From contig JAZSQE010000051.1 in the NCBI GenBank assembly GCA_045537795.1, positions 8,313 through 72,312 on the forward strand: a stretch of 64,000 nucleotides of DNA, read 5' to 3'. The stretch's first letter is position 1. Each line of letters begins with the position of its first letter. The notes beneath the pieces were generated by a model. It did not search any database and was not told where the DNA came from. It worked only from the letters and a program-made list of their open reading frames with translations. This DNA comes from Kiritimatiellia bacterium (GTDB lineage Bacteria > Verrucomicrobiota > Kiritimatiellia > RFP12 > UBA1067). The position numbers were made by a program, and so were the translations under genes. Shown here piece by piece: positions 1-13,000 of the stretch.

Positions 1-1
1 G

Positions 2-454
2 CAAGGCGCCATCCCCGGGTGTGACTTTCTCGACCTTTTCGCGGGCACCGGCTCCGCCGGGCTTGATGCGCTGTCGCGCGGCGCCGCTTCGGCTACATTC
101 GTCGAGCTTAATCCCAAGCATATAGCGGTTTTAAGGCGAAACATCGAAACCGTTGCCGGGGGTGCCCGCACGGCCGATGTCGTTCGCGCCGACGTCTATC
201 GCTGGCTCGGCCGCTACAGCGGCGGCGGCTTCAACGTTGTGTTCGCCGACCCGCCTTACGCTCTCGGCGAAGAGAAGGGCTACGCCAGCGTGCTTGCGAC
301 GCTCGCGGAGCGCGGCGTGGTCCGCCCCGGGGGTGTTTTTGCGGCGGAGATGACTGCCGCGCAGAAAGCTGACTCCGCCCCCGGCTGGGAACTCGTGCGA
401 GAGCGCGATTACGGCAAAACCCGTCTCGCTCTCTGGCGGCGTCTCGCGCTTTGA
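2..454 (+). CDS. rsmD: 16S rRNA (guanine-N2)-methyltransferase RsmD-like, C-terminal part; 5' end lies outside the window
   Basis: Frame 2 is open from the window edge. It reads ...DFLDLFAGTGSAGLDALSRGAASATFVELN...NVVFADPPYA...GGVF...DYGKTRLALW, showing a SAM-binding GxGxxG-type loop and the DPPY motif typical of RsmD. Confidence 0.8.
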   Translation, partial: QGAIPGCDFLDLFAGTGSAGLDALSRGAASATFVELNPKHIAVLRRNIETVAGGARTADVVRADVYRWLGRYSGGGFNVVFADPPYALGEEKGYASVLATLAERGVVRPGGVFAAEMTAAQKADSAPGWELVRERDYGKTRLALWRRLAL

Positions 455-575
455 TCTTTCGGCGATACGGTATTTTGCCGTGCGTGTTCACAATCCTGTG
501 GACAACTCTGTTTATTTCTTGCTGAAAACACATAAAAAAGTTGTCGGAAGTCTGTTCGGAAATTGTACACAACTA

Positions 576-605
576 TTGATAACATATCTGATTTTATGGT
601 ATAAT
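576..605 (+). promoter_or_regulatory. Sigma70-like promoter with extended -10 (TTGATA, 18 nt spacer, TGGTATAAT) upstream of the lipoprotein and giant-protein genes
   Basis: TTGATA at 576-581 and TGGTATAAT at 597-605, in the AT-rich intergenic region after rsmD. Confidence 0.5.
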
Positions 606-656
606 CGTCGGAGATTTACTGGGAGGAGTGTCTTCTCGGATAATAAAAATACAGAT

Positions 657-1082
657 ATGATGAAGCGTACGAGCCTTATTCTCGTGCCTTTCGTGCTATG
701 CGCGATTGGCGTGTTGTCGTTTTTTGTCGCGGGTTGCCGCGATGAGGAAAAGCCCGCGAAGCCAGTCGCGGACCCGCCGTCGGTGTATATGAAGGATCCC
801 GTTTTCAGAAACGCGCTCGATGAACAACGCGCGAAATTGAAGGAACTTCTGGCGAAGCGCGCTCCCGTCATTGAGAAGATGCAGCGGATGGTCAAGGCCG
901 TGAGAGAAAAACTTGAAACCGATGACGACAAAAAAGTCATCGAAGAACTTAAGAAGAATCCCGAGTGGGAGAAACTTCACGCCGAAGCGATCGAGATGAA
1001 CAATCTGATAGAGGCTCTGCGAAAAGAGACGACGAAGATCGTCGGCAAGCGCATCGCCCCCAAGAAACCGGTTTCCAAATGA
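657..1082 (+). CDS. Small lipoprotein with a charged coiled-coil-like body (141 aa)
   Basis: N-terminus MMKRTSLILVPFVLCAIGVLSFFVAGC has a lipobox-like VAGC. The rest is K/E-rich helical sequence. Its TGA stop (1080-1082) overlaps an in-frame ATG of the giant ORF (1079-1081). No strong SD precedes 657. Confidence 0.6.
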   Translation: MMKRTSLILVPFVLCAIGVLSFFVAGCRDEEKPAKPVADPPSVYMKDPVFRNALDEQRAKLKELLAKRAPVIEKMQRMVKAVREKLETDDDKKVIEELKKNPEWEKLHAEAIEMNNLIEALRKETTKIVGKRIAPKKPVSK

Positions 1083-1093
1083 GGAGCAGAAAT

Positions 1094-4000
1094 ATGAAGA
1101 TCACGAAGAAACTCGCGAACATCGCAACATTCGCGCTTACAGCGTTCGCGACCGTCTCCATGGCGAAGGCCGCGGATACGTCGGGACATATCGTCAGCAT
1201 CGAACCCGTAAATTACACCAGCGGAACAAAACTCGGCGTCGGCGAGAAGGTGCAGATTCTCGTCCGATTGTTGAACGAGGACTGGGAGCAGACAAAGCTC
1301 GACAAGAACGCCTTTCCGCCCAAGACATGGTATTTCATTTCGGTCGGCGCGACATCGACGAATCTCTCCTCGGCTCTCGCCCGTCCGCAGCTCGGTCTTT
1401 CCATCGGTGGCAAAATCGCATACGCCGAATACGTTGAGGCCGTTGGAGCGTATTCCAGCGGAGCGAATGCCGAATATCCCTACTATACCGATCTTTACTT
1501 TGAATACACGGTAAAGCCCGGCGATCTCGGACTTCCCATAAAGCTTCTCACATCGGATATGAAAGTCGCCGATGTATCTTCGTCCGATAGCCACGATTAC
1601 TGCCTCTTGAACGCCAACACAAAGGGCAAGAACTGGGGCGCATACTGGACGCTCAGCAACGTCGACGGCGATATCGCGGGCTTCCACTATAAGGACATGG
1701 AGGGTTCCAGCGATTTTGATGTTCCCGCGAAGCCCAACAACAGAGCTTCCCACACGATGGATATTTTCCTTGGCGGGGCGAACATTCTCGTACAGACGAT
1801 CGATTTCGACGATGTGTATTCGACCGAAGACCCCAGCGCATGGCGCGACGTCTATCCCTCGATCACCGACAACGTCGCGACGGCTCCGCGTATCATAGGT
1901 CAAGGCGGCTCCGAAGGCGCTATTGTTTATGTCTGGTCTGATAATACCGATGTTTTTGAACCTTATTCGCCGGATTCGGCGGATTATGTCGTCGTAAACG
2001 GCACCAACTGCCTCAAGGTATCCATCGCGCCGGGGTCCGAAGAGGCGACGTTCAGACTCAAAGGCGGCACGGCCGCTGTCGGCACGCCGGCCAACATCTA
2101 CATGAGCTCTCAACCTCTCGGTGAGACGGACACCATCGGCGATACGCTCGAATCGTCCATTGTCAAGCGCAAGATACGCATGGTCGCCGCGCCACCGCCG
2201 AGCGTCAAAATCACTTTCAACAGCGAGACGTCTCCCTACGCGAAAGAAGTCGATGCGACGACCAAGTCGACGGCGAACCTTTACGAGGATTACATTGAAC
2301 TTGTCATCACGCTTTCCGAGGCATATTCCGCTCCGGTGAAGGTCGCCCTCAATCCGGTGTATGCCGATAATCCGGCGATAGACCTTTTCGCCAGCAATTA
2401 TATAGCCGTTTCGTCGGTTCTGAATCTTCCTACGGGGTACAACAACTATGACACGAACGTCACGATCGCGGCCGGAACCAAGTCGACCATCGTGCATCTG
2501 TACGCGCTCGGCGGCGATCTCGGCACGGCTTCCGGCGGCATCAATTTCATGCCTACCATTGCTGACTCCACGGCGAATGATCATTATTCCGTAAAGGCCG
2601 GATGTAATCTCAGAATCAAGGACGTCAAGCCCACGATCATCTCTCCGACGGCGGGCGACTCGCTCTCCGCGGACAAGAAGACGGGCTGCCCGATTTCGAT
2701 CGAGGTGAGCGATACCTATCGCGATCTGAACGCCCCCCAGACGTATACGGTAGAAGTGACCTGGGATGCCGGAACCTCGTTCACGACAAACGGCATTTCA
2801 TTCAAAAACGGAATTCCGAGCCAGATCGTCGCCAGCGGCTTCTCCTCCACCGCCACGAAGGCTAAAATCAAGGTGACCGATCCTCAGGGCAACTCGTCCC
2901 AGACCGATTACATCCCCGTCACCGTCGCCGCGACAAAGAAGATTTACGCCGAGCTTGTCGATACTTTCAGTCTCACCGCTCCCGCGATTACCGACCTTCA
3001 GTTCGGCGAGAACAGTCCCGCGAAGTACCTGCGCTTCAGAATCGAGCCGGAGAGCGCCGCAAACAACGCTCGTATGTACGCCTTCCTCGTTCCGCTCAAC
3101 GAGGCGAGTTCGAATCTCGTTACGAGCGCCGCGTTTGACGAGGGCGTGATGATCGAAGGCGAGAGTTCGGTGGCGCTCGCTACCACACCGGCCGCGCTCA
3201 AATTCCTCGACGGCACGGATACGACGGCTGATTTAAGGTACAGCATCATGCTCCGCACCGAACCCAAGCTCGACGAGGGCTCGGAAATTCTCGATTACGA
3301 GCCGCAGACGCTCCTTTTCAGCGTCACTAACACGCCCGCGCGCGTTTCGGGCGTCACATACAACGGCGGTACCGAAATCAGAAACGGGGGAACCATCAAG
3401 GTTCCCGAAGGCATTCCGGTTACATTTATCAGCACTCTCGCGGACGACAGCGGTATCGACCTCACGAACAAACTCAACTGCGTCTGGGCGATAAAGAACC
3501 CCGACGACTACACGAAGCCGGTCGAGAATACCGCCTCGACCAACGGTTTCGATTCGTGCTCGCATACCTTCAACGAAGAAGGGTCCGTTTACACCGTCGC
3601 CGTCTACGCCAAAGACAAGGATTACGTCTCCGGCGAGCTGCCGCGCTTTGAGTTCACCGTCGAGGTCATCACCCAGCCTTACATTTATTTCTCGAGCGTA
3701 ACTAAGGGCGAACCTCTCGATATGCACGCCATCGACGAAACGGCGAGCGCCATAAATCGTTACATCTATGTGAACCTTTCGCAGGCGCCGGACGCGAGCT
3801 GCACGAAGGCGAAGCCGCTCAGTATAGGAATCACGGCCACGCAGATCGGTGACGGCGGCAATCTCGTGATGAGCACGACGAACATCACCTTCACCGAAGG
3901 CGTGAAGACAGGCGGCAGCTCGCAACGCATCATTCTCAACGATCTCGACGGTTATGAAGAAGGCGCTTCCATCTGGGTGATCTCTGCGACTGTCCTCAAC

Positions 4001-7000
4001 GACAATACACATTCGAACGAACAAGGGGTGGTCTGGAACGAATATTACGCGAGTCGCGATTTTGAACTTACGGTGAACAACGTCGCCCCCGTGATCGACA
4101 GCTACACCCCCGGTAATTCTCTCACCAACACGCCGTCTCTTTACAGCGAACAGGTGTTCTCGATCGATGCCAAAGACTGTAATTTCGATCTTACGAACGA
4201 CATGGAGGTCGTGTGGACCGATTCGAGCGGGAACACCCATAACCGCAAGTTGTTCAAGGACGGGCAGGATTGGTCGAGCGTGTTCACCAACGAATTCGTG
4301 CGGGAGAAAGATCAGCAGGTCTCCGTCCAGCTCATCGACAAGGACGGCGCGAAGTCGGAGAAAATCGTCTGGCACTTCCTCGTGGCGCCGACGAAGCGCG
4401 TTCAGGTGACGACGTTAGGTCCTGCATCATCTTCGCAGACGAAGTACGCGACGGCGGCCGGCCTCGGCAAGGGCCGTGTTTGGGCGGACGCGAGCCGCAC
4501 GGTCGTAACCTCGTTCCGTCATACGTACTTCCTCGATGTGACGGAGGCGCAGGCCGGTCTCTACGCCTACGGCTATCCCGCCGCGGCGAGCGCGGCCGGG
4601 TACGAGGACGACGGTCTCCTGAAAGACGCGAACGGCGAAACCGGGCGCGATATAGCGATTTCGACTTCGGGCCGCAGCGAGACCGAGACTTACAAGATAA
4701 CTTCACACTATAAGTACGGTGCTACGGCGACTTCGATAGAGAACGAATGGATGTACGACAACTTCTTCTACTGTTGGGTCGACACCTCTTCCACGCCCGG
4801 TCTTACGGCTGCCGTCAACGGCGTGCCCAAACCTACCGCCGGGGCGAACGTGGAGACGTACGCCGATGTTACGCTCGATCCGTACGAAGCCGACAAGGAG
4901 TCGTACGAAGTCAGAAACATCGAAGCGGTTTTCTCGCGCGAATATCTCGCCTCCGACAACATGGGCGACATCAACGCCGACGGCATCCCCGATTTCTACG
5001 TGGCCGGGTATATGCTTGACGGTGACGTCAACGCCGTACCGACGACCGACCTCCTCAGGAAGAACGCCCTTAACGACGACGCGGATTATCTTTTTGCCTC
5101 GCTTACCGCGCTTCAGAGTTCGCTTATTCCGGGACTCCCCGCGACATGGGAGATCGAAGGATACGCCTTTTCGGCGAAGCTCGAAATCCGCGGTTACGGC
5201 GAGCATCTCAACGACGCGCCGTCCATCTGCGGCGCGATACGCGGCGCAAAACCCGACAAGGTCTATACCGACCCCGACACCGACCCTAAGTCGACTTTGA
5301 CGAAGGCCGAATATCTCGCTTTCATCGAAACGGGGCTTACGAGCGATGAATGGTCGCCGGAGCGTCCGACAGACCCGACGAAGGAAGATACCGACGAGGA
5401 CGGCTTCCCCGACGGATATGAATACTTCTACTGGTACCGCGCCCATGTCGGCTGGATCGATTCCTCCGGCAACCACGTTTATCTGACGGGCGAGCGCTAC
5501 GATCCGATGAACCCCGGCGAGCCCGAAACGATCACGGCCAACGAAATCAAAGCGGCCTTCGATCCGATCGTTCCCGTCGATCTCGTCATGATCGACATGC
5601 GAGACTCCGACAACGACGGTCTTGTCGACCGCCTCGAATTCGAGCTCGGCACCAATCCGTTCCATTGGGATAGCGACGGCGACGGGTTGCCCGACGGCTA
5701 CGAAGTGATGCTTGCGGCCCGCGGCGACAACGCGACAGATCCTCTCATGTACGCGACGACGCCCGGCATCGCCGATACGCTGCGCAACTTCGACAATGAT
5801 TACATGGCGAGCGTAGTTGTCAATGCGAAGAAAAAACAGGTCGTCGTTTTCGGCAATGAAAACGGCCACTATTGCGCATGGGGCAATTATCTCGGGACGA
5901 ACATCGTCCAGTTCGCGAGCAAGTTCGATGTCACGAACAAGTTCTACAGCGCGCCTGTCATGGGCAATATCATCCGTTTCAGGTCGGGGCTTGTCGTCTG
6001 TACGACGAACGACGTGGCGACGTACACGGCGGATGACGGGTACGGCAACAGTGTTGAGCGCCTCAAAGGCGATCTTCTCGCCGAAGACACGTGGGTCTAT
6101 ACCGAATACGCCCCGTTGGGCGACGGTAAGAACGCAATCGCGATAGTAGGCATGCCGCGATACGTCAAGAGCGGCGCGATTCTCGCGACGAACGTCGAAA
6201 CCGGTGTGGAGTTCGACAAACTCGTGCTTTACACGTCGCAGGTCGATGAATACGGCGAGAAGACGGGCTTTCCGTGGCATCTCGACGGAAAGTTGAAGGA
6301 GCGTATTTATCATGTCTGGAAATACGGTGTATCCGTCGCCGATCCCGAGCTCTACGGCATCTGGGCGATGAGCGGTGATGCGTGTATCGAGAACGGCACG
6401 GTGATTCTCGACCCGCCCCAATGGGGGACCGTCGCCAAGCAACATTACATAACGTATGCCGGCGACGGCTTCGATCCGCGTACGGCGTGGAAGGGTGAGG
6501 GCTCCGTCAATACGCGTTCCTACAACGATTACGACGAATTTCTCGTGTCCACGTTCTTCCTGAGAAACGGTGAGAGCGGCCGCGAAGTATGGAGACACAT
6601 CGGTGACACCGCGCAGACGAGAGCGTATTATCTCGATGAACAGCGCGCTCTTGAGTTGCTCGTCGATTTCAGGGTAGAGGGAGAAACGACGTATCAGAGC
6701 ATTTGGGCCGCCAACTGCACGAATCCGAACGATGCCGACAGCGATCGCGACAAAGTGCCCGACGGCTGGGAGCTTTATGTCATGGGCGGCAGACTGAAGA
6801 CTTTCACCGACACTTTCGGCAGCCTGCTTCATCCCGCTGCGGGGCCCTTGGCGGTGATGAGCCCGCTGTGGGCCGATTCCGGCGTGGAAAAAGACGGCGA
6901 CGGCCTCAGCGAGGATGCTGAATACGCCGGTTCGGAGTCGACGCTTTATGCCGGCGTTTACGCGATGGGCGAGCCTGTCAACCCCTATTGGACGAACAAG

Positions 7001-10000
7001 AAGTGGCCCTCCGACCCTTGGAATGAGGACTCCGACGACGACGGTCTTGGCGACGGCGATGAAATGAATTACTTCGCCTACGGAGAGCCGAGCGCTCCCG
7101 GCGCGGGCGGCGGACTCAACCCGCTTTCGTGGGACACCGATCTCGATGGGCTCCCCGACCCGTTCGAAGCGGAATTCTCGGGTGAATACACCCCGGGCGA
7201 ATCGAATAAGGTGACCGAGGAGACCGTCGGCCAAGACGGCACGACCAACACCGTCACGACGACCGTCACCGAGAAGGGCACATGGGATGGCGGCATGGAC
7301 GGCTCCGTCAATGACTCGTTTGCCGACTACGACGCGGACGGACTTCTCAACTGGCAGGAATACATGGTCGGCGCAATGCGTTGCTGGCGTTACGACGATA
7401 CGATATCGAGCTGGAGCCACAACTCGGCCATGATAATGCCTCTAAGCGAAATCCCCATGCCCGGAACTCCCGAGTGGAACAAGTACTGGTTCGAGCGCCT
7501 TGTGCTCAACCCTCACACGATAACCGAAAACCCCGAGGCGAACGGTCGCGAGTACGAGTATAATCCTCATCTCGTGAACGGCATGTTCGACGGCGGCAAC
7601 TCGTACTTCTCGCTTTGCACGAATTCATGGGACGGCGCCGCAGGCAAGTGGTATATGTTCAAGGACGGCATTTACCACGATCTGGCCCGTCCGGGGCCGG
7701 AATGGAGCACCTTTTATGGTCCCACGAAGGTTCAGCTCAACCGCTTCACCTGGTGGGTTTTCCAGGAGATCGGCATGAGCCCCGAGGAATCGGTGGGGAT
7801 GGTCGTGCCGTACAAGTGGGGCCAGATCGGCGGTCCCACCTGGTATATCTATCCGATAAAATATATCTGCTGCGACCCGAGAAAGGCAGATACCGACAAT
7901 GACGGCATGGATGACTACTACGAAATCTTCCACGGTATGAACCCGCTTCTCGGCGAGAGTGATGTGGCGAGGACGACCGGTGAACCGCCGTACGATGTTA
8001 TTTTTGAGGCGTACGCGGGGCGTGTTCCCGAGGATCCTGCGGAGTGGTCGGCCGAGAATAACTTCTGGCTCAATCCCTCCGCTCCCATCAACAAATCCGC
8101 AAGTGGCGCGACGCTTGCGAGAACTCCGCAGTCGAAGAACGGGGAGAGCACGTACGATTTCGTGGCCTATCCGTGGCTTACGGGTGTCGCCTCCGCCGAC
8201 CCCGACGGCGACAATATCCGCAACCAGAATGAAGCCATCATGCAGGGCTTCCAGGCGGCGTCCACGTTCCTTCACAGCGACCCGACCCCGCTTTGGCTGA
8301 CGGATTTGTCGTACACCGGCAGCTTGACGTACAGATATTACAACAGGTTTTCCTCGCAGTTCAAGGCGGATAAGATCATCATAAAAGATGTGCCCGAATA
8401 CTTCGAATACGATGCCGACGGAGACGGTAGGATTGCGGTCGACAACGAGCGCTGGTATTTCAATTCTTTCCCGGGTTATGTATGGGATTCGGGGACTGGC
8501 GCGCTTGAAATCAGGCTTTACGATCCGTTTGACTTCTGGAGGCCCGTCGATGCGCTCTACAACTACGAGCAGAACGAAGGGTACGATTCCGACCACGACT
8601 ACGTAAGCGACTTCGGAGAGTCGCAGGGCAAGATGAAGTCGGCCTCCGACTCGCAGAGTTCCGATTCGCCTGTGCGCCGTCAGGCTATGTGGTTCGACGG
8701 TGTGAACTCCTTCCTCCAGACTCCGCTTGAAACAGGGGAATCGGCGCCCGTCACTTCGCTGCCGGGCATTTCCGAGCTGCCGTTCCTTTACTTCACCGTA
8801 GAATGTTGGGTCAAGCCCGAGGGCGACCTCTCGCGCACCCAGACGATTCTCGAGCGTCCGATCTGGACGGGCTACGCCAACCCGGGCGACGAGAACTATC
8901 TGCGCCGCAACTTCTGGATCGGAATCAAGAATTCGCGCTGGTCGACCGCGTTTGATTCGGCCGGTACCGACGCCAAGCAGTCCGTGGAAATTTCCGACGG
9001 GCCTGTCGCCACCACCAACTGGACGCACATCGCCGCCTCGTACGACGGCGATATGCTGCGCCTTTACGTCAACGGCGTGTGCGTCAAGGAGGACAAGACG
9101 GGCATCAAACCCGAGCACGGCATCTCCGCTTACAGCGCGACTTCCGCCGGCACGCTCGACTTCAATTCGCTGTCCTACAGGTTCAAGTCGCTTCTCGCCG
9201 GCGCGTCGGCGGCGTCCATGCTCGGCGTGGTGTTCGATTACGAGTTGAGGATTTCGCCCGCCCAGAAGACGACGATAGCCGACTACAAGAACTTCTATCA
9301 AGGTTGGATCGACGAAGTGCGCATTTGGGATGGCGCCCGCACGCCCGCCCAGATACTCGCCGACTTCAAGAAGCGCTACACGAGAGAGGAGTGTCTCGCG
9401 AACCGCAACGAAGCGTATCAGGCGTGGCGCAGCGGCGCGACCTTCACGGAACATTCCGCCGTAACGCGGCCTGCCGAACTCAGATATCACTTCTCGTTCG
9501 ATCACATCCCCGGAGGCGTCTCGACCGACGGCATCCTCAAGACTCCCGCCGGCTTCACTACCGCGAAAAACAAGACCGATTCGATGGCGATATGGGTGCG
9601 TCCAGACGGATGGGTGAACCCTTGGTGGAACGGCGTCTCCCAAATCGCTTCAAGCGTCTACAGCGACCGTGCGTGGGTGCCGTGGATCAACAACACCGTC
9701 ACCCATCTGCCGCGTTTCGACAAGACCACGCTCGACTCCGTGTACTGGAGCGAGAATTACGCGGGGGCAATGCCTTCGGTCGAGTACGGCTTCTCGTCGT
9801 TCCTTTTCCCGAGGACTGCCGAAGTCTTCAGCCTCTGGACCCAGATGAGATACGAATTGGGCGAACCCTGGACGACGCCGACGCGTCTGAATGTCGTTCT
9901 TAACTCCGGCAAGGGCGATGCGTATTACAATTACACGTTCGCGATTCGTCACGCGGTTATCGAGGGCGGCGACATGCTGCCGTTCGGCGGAGCCTATCCG

Positions 10001-13000
10001 AAGCGCGCGACCACTCTTTGGGACGAGCAGGGCGCGATGGACGCATGGGCCGAAACGGGTCTCGACGCCGACAACAACGGTCTGCCCGACTGGTGGGAGC
10101 AGTACGCCCGCGAAAACTACGGGGTGAATCCGTTCGATAAGATCGACTGGAACACGACGGTCGTTTACAACGGCGTCTCGATGACGGCGTGGCAGGCCTA
10201 TCTCAGAGACCTTGCCGCCGGTCTCCTGCCGTCGGGCGAAATCAACCCCGATTACGCGAGCACGGTCGACAGCGACAAGGACGGTCTCTTCGACTGGTGG
10301 GAAGACTACTGGCTGGTCTCGAAGTATTCAGGCGATGACGACCCCGATCACGACGGTCTTTCGAACAAGCAGGAATGGCGCGTGAGCGAAGACGAGGCCG
10401 GCGGATTCGGCACGGCGAAGGGCTACCCCTCGCTCAACCCGATCAGAGCCAATTCGCTCGACAACCAGCTCGTGCCCGACTACTTCCTCAGGTACGATGC
10501 CGCCAGAAACGGCGGAAAGTTCGACAAGTGGTATCTCGGCGAGATCTTCGCCGACCACGACATGCTCGAAGACGACGACGAGAAGGCGCTCGGCACCGAT
10601 CCGACGCTTTACGACGCCTGGAGCGATAAGGACGAGGACGGCTGGACGGCATGGAGCGAACAGCGCTACTCGACATTCAAGATGTCGATCGTCGCGAGAC
10701 TCATCTCCCACATGAACGGTTCTGAAGAAGTCATCGATTCGCCGATTCCCGTCATTCACACGACGCTCAGGTACAACGGCGAGCAGGGAGCCTCCGGCAC
10801 GAACGCGGCCGCGATCGTCATCGAGGCCTATTCGGGCAACAACCTTCAGAAGAAGCCCAACGCCTTGTGGCGCATTGTGCCCGGCGAGACCGAAGAGCGC
10901 CATCTTTATCTCGGCGCCTGGAACCGCGACAAGGTGTTCCACGGTTCGCTCGTGCCCGGGCACATCTTCCCCGGGGTCAATGAAATGGTCATCCAGTACG
11001 CGTTCGTGCAGGGGAAAGACAATTTCTCGTGGGAATATAACGGCCGCGTATTCCACGGCACGTACGACGAGATGCTCGCGGCGTACATGGCCGACCCCAT
11101 GAACGTTTTCGTCAGCGCGAAGGCTTTCGAATGGGTTGATGTTTATGACGGCATGGTCACGAACGATATGAGATCGGCCCTTCAGATCGCGATCGACGAG
11201 AAGACTCAGAAGGGGCACTTCCTGATCATGAACAAGAAGGTCGGCGAGATTGATGCCGTCACGGGCGATTTCACGCTCAACCTCGCGCAGTTCGAGGGGC
11301 TGCACATGTCCGACTCGCATGTCTCTCTCGAACAGTCGATCTTCAGACTGAAGTACAGAACGCGCGTTCCGACGACGCAGACGAAGGCGCTCCCGATAAC
11401 CCTCGGCAGACCCGATTCGGGTAGCCTCAAAGAAGGAAACACGGCGCTCGTGGCGTATATGGATCTGGACGGTAGCGGCACTTACACGCCGGGCGAGCCT
11501 CTCGGCTTCAAGAAGGATCTTGAAATCGGTTGGGATCAGGTTCCCTCGCTCACAATAGAGATGACAGACGCCTCCGTCGCCGCCGGCAAGCGCTTTGCCT
11601 ACGATGACACGGTTGAGACGCTCAGAATAATCCGCACGGCGATCAACGGCCAGGAGGTTCTTGAAGACGGCAGCGAGGTCAAGCGTCGCATCGTCTACAG
11701 CCGCAACGCTACCGATGTCGAAAGGAAGACGGTTTACGAAGGCGATCTCGTCACGGCCGGCAAGTTCGGTCTTGACTGGACAGGTCTTAGAAGCGATATC
11801 CTCGCCGCGGGCCTCCAGCTCAAGGATGTGACCGAAGTGACGTACAAGGTCATCAAGAATACGGCGTCGCTTGAGCGCATTGACGCTTCGAATACGGTTG
11901 ATACGATAACTGTCGGCTTCTCCGCGCAGCAGACGAAGCCCTCCGCAGTAAGCCCGTCCGTCTCCTCGATGGGCATCGTCGAGTCGCAGCGTCCGACCTT
12001 CGTATGGACTGGGACCGACGACAACACAGCCTTCATGTTCAAGATCAGCGATCTTGCGGGCAACGTCGTGTACTCGAACGACATGCAGCTTCTGCCGCCG
12101 CGCGACGCCAACGGCCGCTATGTCTGGCAGGCTCCCGTCTATATCGGCACGAATGTCTGTGACGATATCTGGTCGCTTAACAATTCGAGCTCGTACACAT
12201 GGCAGGTCGCGATGTTCAACGCGAAATATTCAAGCCCGCTCGACGCCGTGTGGAGTGATCCCGCGACGTTCATAACGGCTCTTGCCGCGTCGAACGACAT
12301 GACGACCGACTTCGGCACCGCGAAGGTCGCTGTCAGGTACTACGGTCCCGCGACAAATACGCTTGATCAGGTTGTCGTGGCGCTCTACAAGAACGCCGAC
12401 TTCACGGGAGAGCCGGCGGCGCAGTCGCGTCTCTACGATATCGACGGCGCCGCATGCGACAAGCTCGCTGTCGGAGTCTTCGAAAAGGCCGATGGGCTTT
12501 ATGAAGTCAACTTCACGGGTCTCGAGACGGGAGACTACTACGCGATGGCGTATATTGACCGCAACGGCAATATGAAGCGCGACCGCTGGGAGACGTGGGG
12601 ATATGCGAACAATATCGGCCTTGGACTTCAGGCGATCTACACCCCTGTCGCCGCCGAAGTCGACGCTGATGTCGCCGAGATGCCCGCCCTCACCGTTTAC
12701 ATGGAAGACACCGACGTCAATCAGGACGACATCCCCGACTGCCTGACCGAAGACGAAACGATTCTCTCCGCCGCCACAAAAATTACCGCGGCGGGCGCCG
12801 ACATGTCTGACACCGATCTCGACGGTCTTACGGCTGATGAGGAAACGGGTGATGCCTATACCGAGAAGACAAAGTGGGATACCGATGGCGACGGTATGCC
12901 TGACGGCTGGGAATACAGATACGCCGATCTCGACCCGCTCTATCCCGACGCCGAAACGACCGCATCCGGCGATGTGATGGCGTTCGCGGTTGAAACCGGC

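Noticed and set aside
965-1093. N-terminal extension of the giant ORF (MGETSRRSDRDEQSDRG...) as given in the ORF track
   Set aside because: It overlaps the 3' end of the lipoprotein gene in another frame, is highly charged, and precedes an obvious SD plus signal peptide at 1094. The true start is taken as 1094, or possibly 1079.
3100-3125. tRNA T-arm-like string gagttcgaatctcg
   Set aside because: It lies inside the giant coding frame, with no acceptor, D-arm or anticodon-arm complementarity around it. No tRNA cloverleaf could be built by eye.
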